This document shows, one piece after another, positions 38,327-48,781 of a DNA stretch of 64,000 nucleotides. This stretch comes from a virus. The notes under the pieces were generated by a model. The model was not told the DNA's origin, did no database searches, and saw only the letters and a list, made by a program, of their open reading frames with translations. Made by a program: the position numbers and the translations under genes. Within the stretch, counting starts at the first letter, position 1. Every line of letters begins with the position of its first letter. The stretch spans positions 47,849 through 111,848 of IMG/VR virus record IMGVR_UViG_3300020057_000035; one strand, written 5' to 3'.

Positions 38327-40875
38327 TTAGAAAAATAAACAGGATACAGGGCCTCCAGACCTCTTTTTTCGCTCATCACAAGCACAGTTTGTGATGGTTT
38401 ACTTATTTTACCATATGCCTTAAGGTACCAGTTGCTTCCGCCGTCAATCGTGCCATTCTGACATACTGTGATTCCTCCGACTCTGAAACTAGCGAAATCA
38501 TGCCTGTGTCCCGTAAGTACTAACTCGGGTGTGCATTTAAATATGTTTGATAAAGCCCATTGTGGTAGTAATCTTTGTAGATCCCACACTGGTCCTCTCC
38601 ATTGATCTCCATGCATCATTACTACATCGTGACTTAATGAGTTAAGTTTACCCCACCAATTTTCGTGTATATTCCATTTTATATTTGATTGATTTATACA
38701 TTTATCTTGCGCCCACCAAGCTAACATTGTATCAAAGTTGTCTTCTGGATCAGCATAATCATTTTTACCATTTGGTCTACCATGATTACCGGGAACACTA
38801 TCTACTATTACTTCTGGAAAATAACTTGCCATGTCCATAGCTAATGATGCTACTAATCTTGCTGCCATTGGTATTTGTCTTGTTATTCTATGTGAATTAG
38901 CTGTCTTATCTAACCCAGAAACGTTTTGTCCAGCGTAAATAAAACAGTTATGAGTAACAACACCATCTGCTATAAAGGTATGATCTTGATCGACGGTTAT
39001 GTTATACACAGGCTCTGCTATTTCACTTTTGTTTATCTCTAACACCTTAGAATATCTACACCCTAAAGGAGGATCTACGACTCTTCCTTTATCACAAACT
39101 GGATAAGTGGTAACTCTCCTAGTCCTTTTTTTGTTGCCCCACCTTTTATTATATATAGGTGTATAAGAGCCTACTTTCATATTTAAATCTGAGGAGTTAC
39201 ACATAGAAACCCACAACACAGACTCCATTGATCCTCCTTGTGGAAGAGGACATATTCTAGTTTGTGATCTAATTCTAGATGTTAATAATCCCGAAGTGAC
39301 ACACAATTCATTAATATCTCTAATAAGATCTTTATTAGTAGAGCTATAAACTATTTGTCCTAGTTTATTAACGTATCCATCTGAATCTAAATATCCCCTA
39401 AGAAATGCTAATTTATACTCATTAGATAAATTAAATACCCATTTTGGAACCCGTTTAGTTCTAGCATATCCAGCTACACCAGCATTAACCATTATCTCTG
39501 CTGCTTGTTTTGAACTAAACCTAGATCCGCTTTCATTTAGACCAATGTGTATTTGTTCTCCGTTGTGTTTTATAAATAATTGTTTACATATATCCCAATA
39601 TCTATCCATGTATCCAATATTTTTATTATCATGAGATAAATAAATACCAGAAGGATTTCCTTTTATGTCTCTTGTTAAACACCCATTCCCTAAGTAAAAA
39701 CCCAATATTTCCATTAACTCAATAGATGCTGTTCCAACCGGAGTATAATTACTTTCAGATTTAACATCATCAACTATACATAATAAATCCCCCTCTCTAA
39801 CATCAGAGGCTCTGATGTATTCATGTGTGGTTATGTATCTATTTCTCTTTGGAAGAACATGAGTAGATATTTTAGTTCTTCGTTGTACCAAAATAGGATG
39901 TTCTGCATTAGCTTTAATTGTTTTCTCTATAGATCCAATTGTATATATTGGATCTATCCCAGTCATTTCAGAAGCAATTACTTCTCTTGCTTTAAACCCA
40001 CTCCCTGTATATGCCCAAACATAATCTCCTTTTTGTATATTTTGAATTTCTATTGGACCTGTCGGCGTAGACACTATAGATCCAGCAGGTAAGCATCCTT
40101 CGACGAGATCTCCAAGTAAGACTAACCTACCAGTATTGATTGGACAACCAGACGCTTTGAAGTGTTCTGTGATTTTTCTTGCTGCGTCCATTAGTCTAGG
40201 TATTCTTTCTTCTTCCATTATTTTAATACCTATCCCATTTTCCATTTTTCCTATTTGCCAATCAGAAGCCACTACAATAATTTCTCTCTCACTCTTTGAA
40301 GAATTATTTTTATTAGGAATTGGAACGATAGGAAATCTTAATTCTGGGGTTGAGTCATGTAGGTCTTTTAATTCGAATCTCATAAAGTCTCGTAATGAGG
40401 TTAAGTATGTATTTTTTCTTATTAATTGATTTTTTTGTTCAAATGCTCTTTTTGCCATTTCAAGATTAGTAGCATCGGGCAACAGAGATCCCTCTTCTTG
40501 AAGTATCTCTTCTGTAGTCCATTCTAAATCAGAATTATGGCACACAGAAGAACAAAAGAAGTTATTAGCATTTACTGGAACAAATCTATTTATGCAAAGT
40601 TTATTTTTACATCGTCTTGTTATTGATGTTTCTGTAATTTCTTCTTTTATTATTTTTGAAATTCCTGCTCCCTTTCCTCTAGAAATAAACTTACCATGTA
40701 CTCTTTTTACATATTCTGATACGGATTTTGCACTCTTAATTACACCGAAATTTGTAGCTATACTTTCAGATATGTTTTTTCCTATATGTACATCATCACT
40801 ATTATTGATCTCTTGATCAATAAAATCAGATATAAGTTTTTTTGTTTCTTTATCACACTCTTTATAAAGAATCAA
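38323..40875 (-). CDS. calcineurin-like metallophosphoesterase with intein
   Basis: SDWQIG, LGDLVEG|C, VPGNHGR, MHGD, TGHRH. Confidence 0.88.
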   Translation of the reverse strand: MILYKECDKETKKLISDFIDQEINNSDDVHIGKNISESIATNFGVIKSAKSVSEYVKRVHGKFISRGKGAGISKIIKEEITETSITRRCKNKLCINRFVPVNANNFFCSSVCHNSDLEWTTEEILQEEGSLLPDATNLEMAKRAFEQKNQLIRKNTYLTSLRDFMRFELKDLHDSTPELRFPIVPIPNKNNSSKSEREIIVVASDWQIGKMENGIGIKIMEEERIPRLMDAARKITEHFKASGCPINTGRLVLLGDLVEGCLPAGSIVSTPTGPIEIQNIQKGDYVWAYTGSGFKAREVIASEMTGIDPIYTIGSIEKTIKANAEHPILVQRRTKISTHVLPKRNRYITTHEYIRASDVREGDLLCIVDDVKSESNYTPVGTASIELMEILGFYLGNGCLTRDIKGNPSGIYLSHDNKNIGYMDRYWDICKQLFIKHNGEQIHIGLNESGSRFSSKQAAEIMVNAGVAGYARTKRVPKWVFNLSNEYKLAFLRGYLDSDGYVNKLGQIVYSSTNKDLIRDINELCVTSGLLTSRIRSQTRICPLPQGGSMESVLWVSMCNSSDLNMKVGSYTPIYNKRWGNKKRTRRVTTYPVCDKGRVVDPPLGCRYSKVLEINKSEIAEPVYNITVDQDHTFIADGVVTHNCFIYAGQNVSGLDKTANSHRITRQIPMAARLVASLAMDMASYFPEVIVDSVPGNHGRPNGKNDYADPEDNFDTMLAWWAQDKCINQSNIKWNIHENWWGKLNSLSHDVVMMHGDQWRGPVWDLQRLLPQWALSNIFKCTPELVLTGHRHDFASFRVGGITVCQNGTIDGGSNWYLKAYGKISKPSQTVLVMSEKRGLEALYPVYFSN
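38947..40095 (-). mobile_element. Intein in metallophosphoesterase, LAGLIDADG type, 383 aa
   Basis: CLPAGS start, NAEHP, LGFYLGNG and FLRGYLDSDG, VTHN end, +1 Cys. Confidence 0.92.
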
Positions 40876-41375
40876 CGTACCAACCTAATCTCTGCGTCTC
40901 TTCTGCTTTGCTCTCTGCTTAGTGTGTTAATTTGTTTTTCATATATTTTCAATTGCGTTTCCAATCTTGTCACTCTTGCTTTTCTATAAATTAAATTAAG
41001 TGCCATTGCTTTTAAATTATCATTATCTTTAATTGTTGCACCCTCTATCATTTCTTTAGGAATAGATCCCTTAGTGTCAAGTAGTGTTTTTTTGTAATCT
41101 AACATAGAAGAATTTAAGGTTATAGAATATGCTGTTTCAAATGCATTTAGCTCAAACTCCTCTCTTCCCAATTCTTCTATAACATAAGTAGCAAATGCTG
41201 TTAGTTTTAGTTGTAATGAACCTAACTCTATTGAATTAACTTGCTTTACTTCTGTGGGAAAAGAGTAATTTTTCTCTACTAATTCTGGTTTTGTTTGCCT
41301 CATTATTTGTAATGAATCTATAAAACCTTCTGTTTTTTGAATAAGATCAGTTAAGCTAAACCACTGTACCACCAA
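40872..41375 (-). CDS. coiled-coil protein, possibly a UvsY-like recombination mediator
   Basis: helical, located in the recA/nuclease cluster. Confidence 0.35.
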   Translation of the reverse strand: MVVQWFSLTDLIQKTEGFIDSLQIMRQTKPELVEKNYSFPTEVKQVNSIELGSLQLKLTAFATYVIEELGREEFELNAFETAYSITLNSSMLDYKKTLLDTKGSIPKEMIEGATIKDNDNLKAMALNLIYRKARVTRLETQLKIYEKQINTLSREQSRRDAEIRLVR

Positions 41376-42185
41376 CTAATCCTTTACCATATCTAAAGCA
41401 TACTCTACTGCTTTAAGTGTTTCTGGGTCTTTATCTTGTACTCTGTAACACAAAGACTCTTTATAGCAGGCTCTACACTGTTTACTTGTTCTAACAAAAG
41501 GTGGCTCTATTAGTTCACCCCTCTTACTGTATTCTCTTGCTACCATTGGAAGAGCAAACAAATCATTCATTAGCTTTGTATCAGGCTTAACATATCTTAT
41601 TTTATACTCTTGAGTATCTGTATTCTCAAATAAGAATATTCCTACATCTGATGTCTTATACTCTGTGTCTTTGAATATTTTAATATATTGAGCTAATTGA
41701 TACATATATGATCTTTCTTGTATAGCAAACATTCTAGCCATTTGTTCTAGATCTTCTGTTTGTTCTGGAAGACTTTTATATCTAAATGCGTTCATTGTTT
41801 TTATTTCTAAAATAAAATTTTCATCAGTGAGTGGATTTTTTACTATGACATCGCACTCTCCACTCCAACCTATTTCTTCTACTTTCAGTCTAACATTTTT
41901 GGCTACCAGTATTCCTGATGCTTCAAATTCATCATTCCATCTATCGTGTGCGGCTGTACCGTTTCTTGTTCTTCTTAGGTTTTGTGGTTTCATTTTTTCT
42001 CTGAAACCTAACATAGAAAATTGAATAGCTCTTGAGCAATTACCACCAGAACTAGATGGTCTAATAGATAACACGGGTGGAGAATTTAGACCATTTTTAT
42101 TGCCTTCTCTAAATAGTTGTTGATCTAAGTTTTCTCCTACCCAATCTTTGTCTCTTATTTGTTTTAGAAACCTACTTATTCCCAT
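41376..42185 (-). CDS. Cas4-like PD-(D/E)xK exonuclease
   Basis: C...GTAAH...GECD...LEIKT, QLAQY, CRACYKESLC. Confidence 0.8.
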   Translation of the reverse strand: MGISRFLKQIRDKDWVGENLDQQLFREGNKNGLNSPPVLSIRPSSSGGNCSRAIQFSMLGFREKMKPQNLRRTRNGTAAHDRWNDEFEASGILVAKNVRLKVEEIGWSGECDVIVKNPLTDENFILEIKTMNAFRYKSLPEQTEDLEQMARMFAIQERSYMYQLAQYIKIFKDTEYKTSDVGIFLFENTDTQEYKIRYVKPDTKLMNDLFALPMVAREYSKRGELIEPPFVRTSKQCRACYKESLCYRVQDKDPETLKAVEYALDMVKD

Positions 42186-42534
42186 TAAATTTATCCATTC
42201 TGTCTGAGATCGTCCACATATGCTCTTCTACAAAACTTTCTATAATCAACAGAAGCTGTTCTTTATCTTTTAATTGTACTTCATTTATTCTCAAAATAGG
42301 AACACCGGCTATTTCTAAAAACCAAAGATCTCTATTTTTGTCATGAAGTTTTTGTTTCGGAGAATCATGCATTGGTCCATCATATTCAAACCCTAAATGC
42401 ACTTCTTCTACATAACAATCAAGAGTGTATTTTCCTATTTGCTTCTCGTCTTCTACACCAAACCCTATGTCAGAAATAATAGAATGTAATTCTCTATGTG
42501 GTTTAGTTAAAGATGTTGGTTGTGTGACAGACAT
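42172..42534 (-). CDS. DUF559/Vsr-like endonuclease
   Basis: YTLDCY...FEYDGPMH...DKNRD. Confidence 0.8.
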   Translation of the reverse strand: MSVTQPTSLTKPHRELHSIISDIGFGVEDEKQIGKYTLDCYVEEVHLGFEYDGPMHDSPKQKLHDKNRDLWFLEIAGVPILRINEVQLKDKEQLLLIIESFVEEHMWTISDRMDKFNGNK

Positions 42535-43592
42535 TAAAAAGAAGACTCTTCTATAGGAAGACTTAAATCATCTTTTAAATATTGCTCTAACTCTGGAGTA
42601 GATTTAATAAGATCTATAAAACCAGCTTTTCCCATAATCTTATTTTCTTTATAATCATAGTATGCTCCGCGTTTAATTATGATACCTCTTTCTACTGCCT
42701 CTGTTACCATACTCCAAATATAATCAATTTTACCTGTTGCGAACATAAAAGGTATTTCTGTTTTTTGAAAAGGAACTCCTTGTTTGTTTTTTTCAACAAT
42801 CAATTCAAGCATATATCCAACTTTAGCTTTACTAGCTCCTACACCTTCCTCAATCCATTCTCCTCTCTTAACTCTAATTTTTTGCCAAGCCCAATAAGCA
42901 GAAGAACGCCCCCCTGGTTGTGTTTCTGGATTACCATACATAGTTGGTGAAACTCTTGTTTGATTTATAATCAAAAGCATGGTACCTTCATTCTCAGCCA
43001 TTGCATTGTTTAATCCCATTTGATTCAAAGAAGCATTAGCCATAGGTTGAGGTTTTTCAAACATCTCATTTAAATCTTTATTTAAAGACTTAGAGGAAGC
43101 TATAGAAGCAAGAGAATCTATAACAATTACACCTACTCTCTTTCTTATCCAGAAAATTACAGCTTCCCAGACCTCTTCTCCTGTTTTTGGTCTTACAACA
43201 AGGACATCATTTGAGTTTACCCCAACCTTAGCTGACCACTCAGGAACCCAAGAATGCTCTACATCTATGTAGATAATGCTTAGATTTTGATCCTGTGCTG
43301 CCTTCATAGCTAATAATGCTACTACTGTTTTTCCAGCAGAGGCATCTCCAAATATCATATTTACTCTATCGAACGCTAAGCCACCATCTAAAAGATTATC
43401 TAGGGTTGGAATACCAAAAGGAAGTAACTTAAGCTCAAACTTTTCATTGTCTCCCCAGTTTAATTTAGAATTAAGTTCTTGTTCAATTTGTTTTTGTTGT
43501 TCTTTAAGATTTTCGATTGAAAGCAGGTGAGAAGAACCCTCACCCACTTCTTTATTTTTAGATTTAACCACGAACTGCTTTTGATAGTTCAC
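42534..43592 (-). CDS. recA: RecA/UvsX recombinase
   Basis: GDASAGKT, IDVEH, VIDSLAS, INQTR, GNPETQPGG, KNK. Confidence 0.92.
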   Translation of the reverse strand: MNYQKQFVVKSKNKEVGEGSSHLLSIENLKEQQKQIEQELNSKLNWGDNEKFELKLLPFGIPTLDNLLDGGLAFDRVNMIFGDASAGKTVVALLAMKAAQDQNLSIIYIDVEHSWVPEWSAKVGVNSNDVLVVRPKTGEEVWEAVIFWIRKRVGVIVIDSLASIASSKSLNKDLNEMFEKPQPMANASLNQMGLNNAMAENEGTMLLIINQTRVSPTMYGNPETQPGGRSSAYWAWQKIRVKRGEWIEEGVGASKAKVGYMLELIVEKNKQGVPFQKTEIPFMFATGKIDYIWSMVTEAVERGIIIKRGAYYDYKENKIMGKAGFIDLIKSTPELEQYLKDDLSLPIEESSF

Positions 43593-43947
43593 TAATTAAA
43601 TTAGTTTGTTCTTTAATCTTGTCTACCATGAGTTTATTATTAGATCTCATTGTTTCCATGTTTCTCAAAGTATTACTTAATATCTCTTCAACTTCAGTTA
43701 CTCTATCAGTGACACCTTTTGTTCCTAGTGCCCCACCTATTAAGTTAGAGACAGCAATTTCCATATGCTTATCAATAGCTACCCACATTGCAGTAGCTGC
43801 ACTTAATGCTAAGGATATTTGAGTCTCTACGTCACCACTTGGATCTAACCCATCTATTTTTATTAGAGGTTTTATATTTCCGAAGCCTTTTTCAGAGAGA
43901 GGCATTACTGCCCCCAACTCTACTGAAACTGTTAATTTATCTGTCAT
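43564..43947 (-). CDS. hypothetical protein
   Basis: ORF in the replication operon. Confidence 0.6.
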   Translation of the reverse strand: MTDKLTVSVELGAVMPLSEKGFGNIKPLIKIDGLDPSGDVETQISLALSAATAMWVAIDKHMEIAVSNLIGGALGTKGVTDRVTEVEEILSNTLRNMETMRSNNKLMVDKIKEQTNLISELSKAVRG

Positions 43948-44727
43948 TTAGTCGAACGAAACTATTTCATCACTAGGAACGTTTCCAAAAGAAAGCAAGT
44001 CATCATTGTCGTCTGTATTTCTAGCAACCACTGTTCTAGGTTTAAATGAAGCAAATTCAGCTAAAATTACTTCTTCTAAATCAGGTGCGTTTTTTCTAGC
44101 TTCTATGACTTCTGGTGTTATTACTGAATTAGCAAGCTCTCGTAAAGTTTCCATTGTATTTACTCCAGAACCAGTTCTTTCTAAAGCAAAAGCTCTATCA
44201 AGCAGTGTAGGGTTTTCTTTTGGCTGTAAATCAGAACCTTGATATGCTCCAATTAATTGAGGTATAAGTTTAGGTTTTGCTACTAATAACCAAACATCTT
44301 TTACTTCCTCAACATATACAAATCCAGAAACGCTTTTAGGAGACTTTTTCTTTTCCCAGACAACACCCTCTCTATCAGAAGGCGATACGTGTAGAATACT
44401 ATCTACATAAACTAAGCAGCACCCTCTACCCCAAGGACCGGGAAGTCCATCAGTACAATACTGACACTTTTCATCATCATCTTCTGGTGTTGCTTTTTCG
44501 CAAAGTACGTCTTTCTTCCATACCCCGCCAGACTTTTTATTAACTTCTATCAGGTGTACATTAGGAATTAATAAATCTTCTGCGTCAGTTACGAAATAAA
44601 TCTTTGCTGTTTCATTTTCTTTTAACCACAGCTTAAATATCTTATTGCTTTGTTGCGCTCTTTTTTCTGCTTGTTCATTCTGTTGTTCTTGTAGGAATCT
44701 TAGTCCTTTTGAAAATCCACTTATCAT
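43948..44727 (-). CDS. putative single-stranded DNA-binding protein (Zn-binding, acidic tail)
   Basis: H...C...CxxC motif, acidic C-terminus ending in FD, position in the operon. Confidence 0.6.
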   Translation of the reverse strand: MISGFSKGLRFLQEQQNEQAEKRAQQSNKIFKLWLKENETAKIYFVTDAEDLLIPNVHLIEVNKKSGGVWKKDVLCEKATPEDDDEKCQYCTDGLPGPWGRGCCLVYVDSILHVSPSDREGVVWEKKKSPKSVSGFVYVEEVKDVWLLVAKPKLIPQLIGAYQGSDLQPKENPTLLDRAFALERTGSGVNTMETLRELANSVITPEVIEARKNAPDLEEVILAEFASFKPRTVVARNTDDNDDLLSFGNVPSDEIVSFD

Positions 44728-45314
44728 AATGTTAAATACCTCTTTATTGAATTTAGTTGTTTTTTGTTTCTTTGAATCTGTTTGTAATCTGCTGATTCTA
44801 GTTTTTGATCATTTATTATTTTAATCACTGTTCTCTGTAGCCCTTTATTTAATTTAGTTAAGAATAAATTTACTCCTGTTTTATCTTCTATTTCTTGAGC
44901 AGCAGAATATATTTCTATATTTAAATATTCTGTTTGTCCATAAATTATTTTTCGCTCTGTTTTTCCACACTCAACACATTTTTTATGTTTTGTATATATA
45001 GGGATTATAGCACTACAAAACAAACATGTCAAGTGTTTTATTGGTCTATTAATAAGATAATTTTTTAGTAGGGATTTGTATGTATTATTTAAACAATACT
45101 CATAAAATACTGTTTCATATACGCCGTGAGTTGGAGAAAAAGAAATATAGCTTTTCCATAGTGTTATACATAATTCTTGAAAGCAATCTTCTTGTTCAAG
45201 ACCTACTTTTTCAAGTGCAATGGTTTTTTTATGTATTAAATCTTTATATTTATAAAACACTATACTAAAATCTTTTGTCTCTGTAGTTTGTAGTAAATTA
45301 TTCCATCTACTCAA
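44724..45314 (-). CDS. sigma-factor-like protein with a Zn-ribbon insertion
   Basis: EQEDCFQELCITLWKS resembles region 2; CLFC...CVECG. Confidence 0.55.
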   Translation of the reverse strand: MSRWNNLLQTTETKDFSIVFYKYKDLIHKKTIALEKVGLEQEDCFQELCITLWKSYISFSPTHGVYETVFYEYCLNNTYKSLLKNYLINRPIKHLTCLFCSAIIPIYTKHKKCVECGKTERKIIYGQTEYLNIEIYSAAQEIEDKTGVNLFLTKLNKGLQRTVIKIINDQKLESADYKQIQRNKKQLNSIKRYLTL

Positions 45315-45319
45315 TTACA

Positions 45320-46255
45320 TTATACCATAGCAGAGGCCCACTCCCACGCTTTAATTTTGTTTTTATATGCCTTTTCTATTTCTATTTTATTTAAATTCTG
45401 TACATCCCTACCTACTGGTAGTGGTAATATACTACACTCTATTCCTTTAAGCTCTTGTATTACTTTTTTTGTAGCCCTTATTCCCGGAGATTCTAGTTTT
45501 CCAGAAGACATCATTATAGGAACGTCATTATCTAAAGCCAATACTATTTCAGAAAATCTGCCCAATAATTTATTTTTCTGTATTCTAGATATATCTAATC
45601 CCATTAAAGCAATTGCTGGATACCCTAGTTGATTTAACCAAACAGCATTTAATGGTCCTTCAACTACAAACGTCCATTTACTTGAAGGATCTACATGGTC
45701 TATTCCAAATAAATAATTACTTTTAATAAACCCAGTAGAAGTAATATATTTCATTGGTTTACCTGTAATTGTTCTTGTTATTAATCCTACTAATCTACCG
45801 TCTTCTTTTACTGGTATAGCTATTCCATGTAGCTCTGGCTCATATCCTATTTGCCATTTTTTTGCTGTCTCAACAGTAAACCCTCTATCGAGAAAATATT
45901 TTGGTAGTTTATTTCTATCATAAAAGATTGGCTCTTGCTTTTTATAAACAATCTCCGTCGGTGCTAACATATCAGCTAACGCTCTTGGATCACTTGCCAC
46001 TTTCCAAAACAAATCTTTTCTTGCTTGCGCAAAAGATGTTTTATTAACTGTTGCTATTAATACAGCCAAGTCTTTATTGCCTCCACACCCAGACCAACAT
46101 CTCCATTCTCCAGTATTAATATTTATAGAGAAACTAGGAGATTTATCATCATGTAATGGGCACTTCGCTTTCATCCACCCTTGGTAATTTGAGTTTCCTT
46201 GTCTTATTCCCAGCGATCTTAATGTTTCTTGTACTATTGTCGGGCCATAGTTCAT
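45320..46255 (-). CDS. dnaG: DNA primase (CHC2 zinc finger plus TOPRIM)
   Basis: CPLHDDKSPSF...WRCWSGC, VVEGPLN, LALDND. Confidence 0.9.
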   Translation of the reverse strand: MNYGPTIVQETLRSLGIRQGNSNYQGWMKAKCPLHDDKSPSFSININTGEWRCWSGCGGNKDLAVLIATVNKTSFAQARKDLFWKVASDPRALADMLAPTEIVYKKQEPIFYDRNKLPKYFLDRGFTVETAKKWQIGYEPELHGIAIPVKEDGRLVGLITRTITGKPMKYITSTGFIKSNYLFGIDHVDPSSKWTFVVEGPLNAVWLNQLGYPAIALMGLDISRIQKNKLLGRFSEIVLALDNDVPIMMSSGKLESPGIRATKKVIQELKGIECSILPLPVGRDVQNLNKIEIEKAYKNKIKAWEWASAMV

Positions 46256-46477
46256 TTATAATTTTTCCTTCCTTGAGTATGTTAATACTTTCTTTTATTT
46301 CTTTTATAGTATGAAGTAAGTCCTCATATTGATCCGTTAATTGTTTAATACTATCTAAGTATTCTTTAATTAATAAACCGACAGCTATAGATTGTCCTTC
46401 AAAGTCTGTAAGAACTTTTTCTAAAAGAATCAGAGAAGCACTATGTGTATCTCTTGTAAACTCTACTGTTTCTATAT

Positions 46478-47020
46478 TTATGCTAATGCTTGATCTCCCC
46501 AACTAGAGAAATTTTCTGCTGTGTTCCTAGCAAAAAGCTCCAATCTCGGTTCTGGCGAAGAAGCTCTAATGTAATCGTACATCTGTGCTGGCTTCTTAGA
46601 ATGAATATTTCTTTCTGCCATAATTACATTTGGTATATTATTTTGCGAAGTCATTAATTTTCCTTTAACTCCAAATAAACATATCTCTGTAGAATTTCTA
46701 AAATATCTACCCATTCCTATTCTTACATTTCCGTTTTTTGCAGTTTTTACCCACACTATGTTTGTTTTCGGAGTGAAGCCCCACGCTCTCATTACCTCAA
46801 AACCTAGTTCAAGGAAACTATTTGTTGTCCATAAATATAAATGAGCGTTTGGTGCCGTTATCTCACTTACTGGCATATTCACTATGTCTTGATTACTCAT
46901 TACTCTATAATGTTTTTCCGCCCCTCTCCCGGGGCCGGGTAGTCGATCGGAAAATTGCCACGGACAATCGGCTAATATGGTTTTCCATCCTCCGTCTACA
47001 ACAGGGAAAGGCTCACACAT
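46478..47020 (-). CDS. MT-A70-family adenine methyltransferase
   Basis: ADCPW, HLYLWTTN, AWGF, HSKKP, RLELFAR. Confidence 0.9.
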   Translation of the reverse strand: MCEPFPVVDGGWKTILADCPWQFSDRLPGPGRGAEKHYRVMSNQDIVNMPVSEITAPNAHLYLWTTNSFLELGFEVMRAWGFTPKTNIVWVKTAKNGNVRIGMGRYFRNSTEICLFGVKGKLMTSQNNIPNVIMAERNIHSKKPAQMYDYIRASSPEPRLELFARNTAENFSSWGDQALA

Positions 47021-47407
47021 TTAAATACCCAACACCTTTCGTAAGTCTGGTTTTCTATAATTTGGACCTTTAAGGATCTTTCCATCACTTCTGACTATTG
47101 GTTTTCCATCGACATCTAGTTTTGAGAGATTGGATTTTTGAATTTCTAATAAAACAGCGCATAGATCTATTCCATGTGCTAATGCAGCGCCATACACAAC
47201 ATAGATTATATCTCCCATGGCGTCCGCCATCGCCGTGAGATCTCCTTCTTTTTCTGCATCTACATACTCTTGACATTCTTCTACAATAAGATCTACTCTT
47301 AGTTGTCTTTCTGGTATATCTAAGATTGGTGTAGATCTTATTAGATGATTGAATACTACATGAAACTCTGTTACTAAATCCGTTGGATCAACTTTCATAC
47401 AAAACAA
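47021..47407 (-). CDS. all-alpha NTP pyrophosphohydrolase (MazG/PRA-PH-like)
   Basis: EECQE...ADAMGDIIYV...SNLSK...DGKILKGPNY. Confidence 0.85.
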   Translation of the reverse strand: MFCMKVDPTDLVTEFHVVFNHLIRSTPILDIPERQLRVDLIVEECQEYVDAEKEGDLTAMADAMGDIIYVVYGAALAHGIDLCAVLLEIQKSNLSKLDVDGKPIVRSDGKILKGPNYRKPDLRKVLGI

Positions 47408-47488
47408 CCTCTTTTATGTTCCATCTATCTTTAATTATTTTTCCATTTTTAATTATTAAAATTGCTTTTTCTTCTTTATCTGAACTTC

Positions 47489-48781
47489 CTACCACTGTAT
47501 TTCTCCTACTTCGTCTATTTCATCTTCAAAATCTGGCATTATTTGAAATATATTTCCTGTATCTACATCAAAGTGTAAATATTGTTTAGTTAGGATTTGT
47601 TCTCCATCTCTGTGTTTAACCACTCTGAATATCCTTTGATCTTTTACTCCTCTTTTTGCGGCTAAAGATATTACTCTGTTTGCTGCTTCTGATAAACCCA
47701 TGCCATATGCTTCTTGTCCTAGCTCTGCTGTTTCGTCTGCTGCTAGTACTGCTTCTCTTTTAACCTGAGATCCAGCTATAACAGTACACCCTTGATATTG
47801 AGCTAGCCCTTTAATTTGTTCTGCGGAAGATTTCATATTTTCCCAAGTTTTACCCCCATTTGATATCAAATGAAATCCGTCTACAAAAACTAGATCTGGT
47901 TTATATTCTCGCATTAAGGAGGTAATATCATCAATAGTAAAAGCTCCTTTATCCCCAGAGTCTCTAATAATAAAATCTTTTCTTCCTTTTGCTGCTATTT
48001 CTCTTAAATATTTTTCATATGCTTTTGGCTCTTGTGTTCCATTCCTAATTCCCCTGTTGGACAAGGTATATCCCATAAATCTACCTATAACTGGGTCTAG
48101 TCTCGCATTAATGTCACTTATTGTATTCTCTGGAGACATAAACAATACTTTAGCATTACTATAATAATACGCATATGCAGCAAAATATATGAGAAGCCAA
48201 GACTTACCTGTATTTAGTGGCCCATATACTCCTACTACTTCTCCAGGTTTCCACGTATCTCCTTTTTTATCAAACACACCTAAACCAGTAGGTATTCCTA
48301 TAGACTCTCCATTATCTATTTTTATTCTTTTCTGTAAATAATCTTCAAATCTAGCTAAAGCATCTGCGTCAAAGAAAGATTGTCTAGTATTTACTGGGCG
48401 ATGTAAATCAGATAACGCTAGGATTAGTTTTTGAATGGTGTTTAGGGGATCTATGGATAATTTATCACTTAAGGTCAACAAGGCTATTTGAGCGCGTTTT
48501 GAGACTGTCCTGAGAGACAATTCAGTTAGATACACATCAGAATCTTCAAGATTTTCTTTAAGCACAACATTAAAACTTGAATTAATGTCTTCTGTTGATA
48601 CTTTTCTATTTTCCTTAAATCTAGAAACTAAATATTCCCATATTTGAGAATTAATATCTAGATTAAAACTATCTTCTTTAATTCCACTTTCTAATGCAAA
48701 ATTAATTCTCTCTGTAGTTAAATGTGTTGATATAAAACATATTTCTAATTCTTCTGGTGTTATATTGTTAAGTCTGATAAT
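47489..48781 (-). CDS. dnaB: DnaB-like replicative helicase; frame open to an ATT codon at 48781
   Basis: GIPTG, GPLNTGKS, SPE, VFVDG, SQVKRE, VKHRDG. Confidence 0.88.
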   Translation of the reverse strand: MIRLNNITPEELEICFISTHLTTERINFALESGIKEDSFNLDINSQIWEYLVSRFKENRKVSTEDINSSFNVVLKENLEDSDVYLTELSLRTVSKRAQIALLTLSDKLSIDPLNTIQKLILALSDLHRPVNTRQSFFDADALARFEDYLQKRIKIDNGESIGIPTGLGVFDKKGDTWKPGEVVGVYGPLNTGKSWLLIYFAAYAYYYSNAKVLFMSPENTISDINARLDPVIGRFMGYTLSNRGIRNGTQEPKAYEKYLREIAAKGRKDFIIRDSGDKGAFTIDDITSLMREYKPDLVFVDGFHLISNGGKTWENMKSSAEQIKGLAQYQGCTVIAGSQVKREAVLAADETAELGQEAYGMGLSEAANRVISLAAKRGVKDQRIFRVVKHRDGEQILTKQYLHFDVDTGNIFQIMPDFEDEIDEVGEIQW

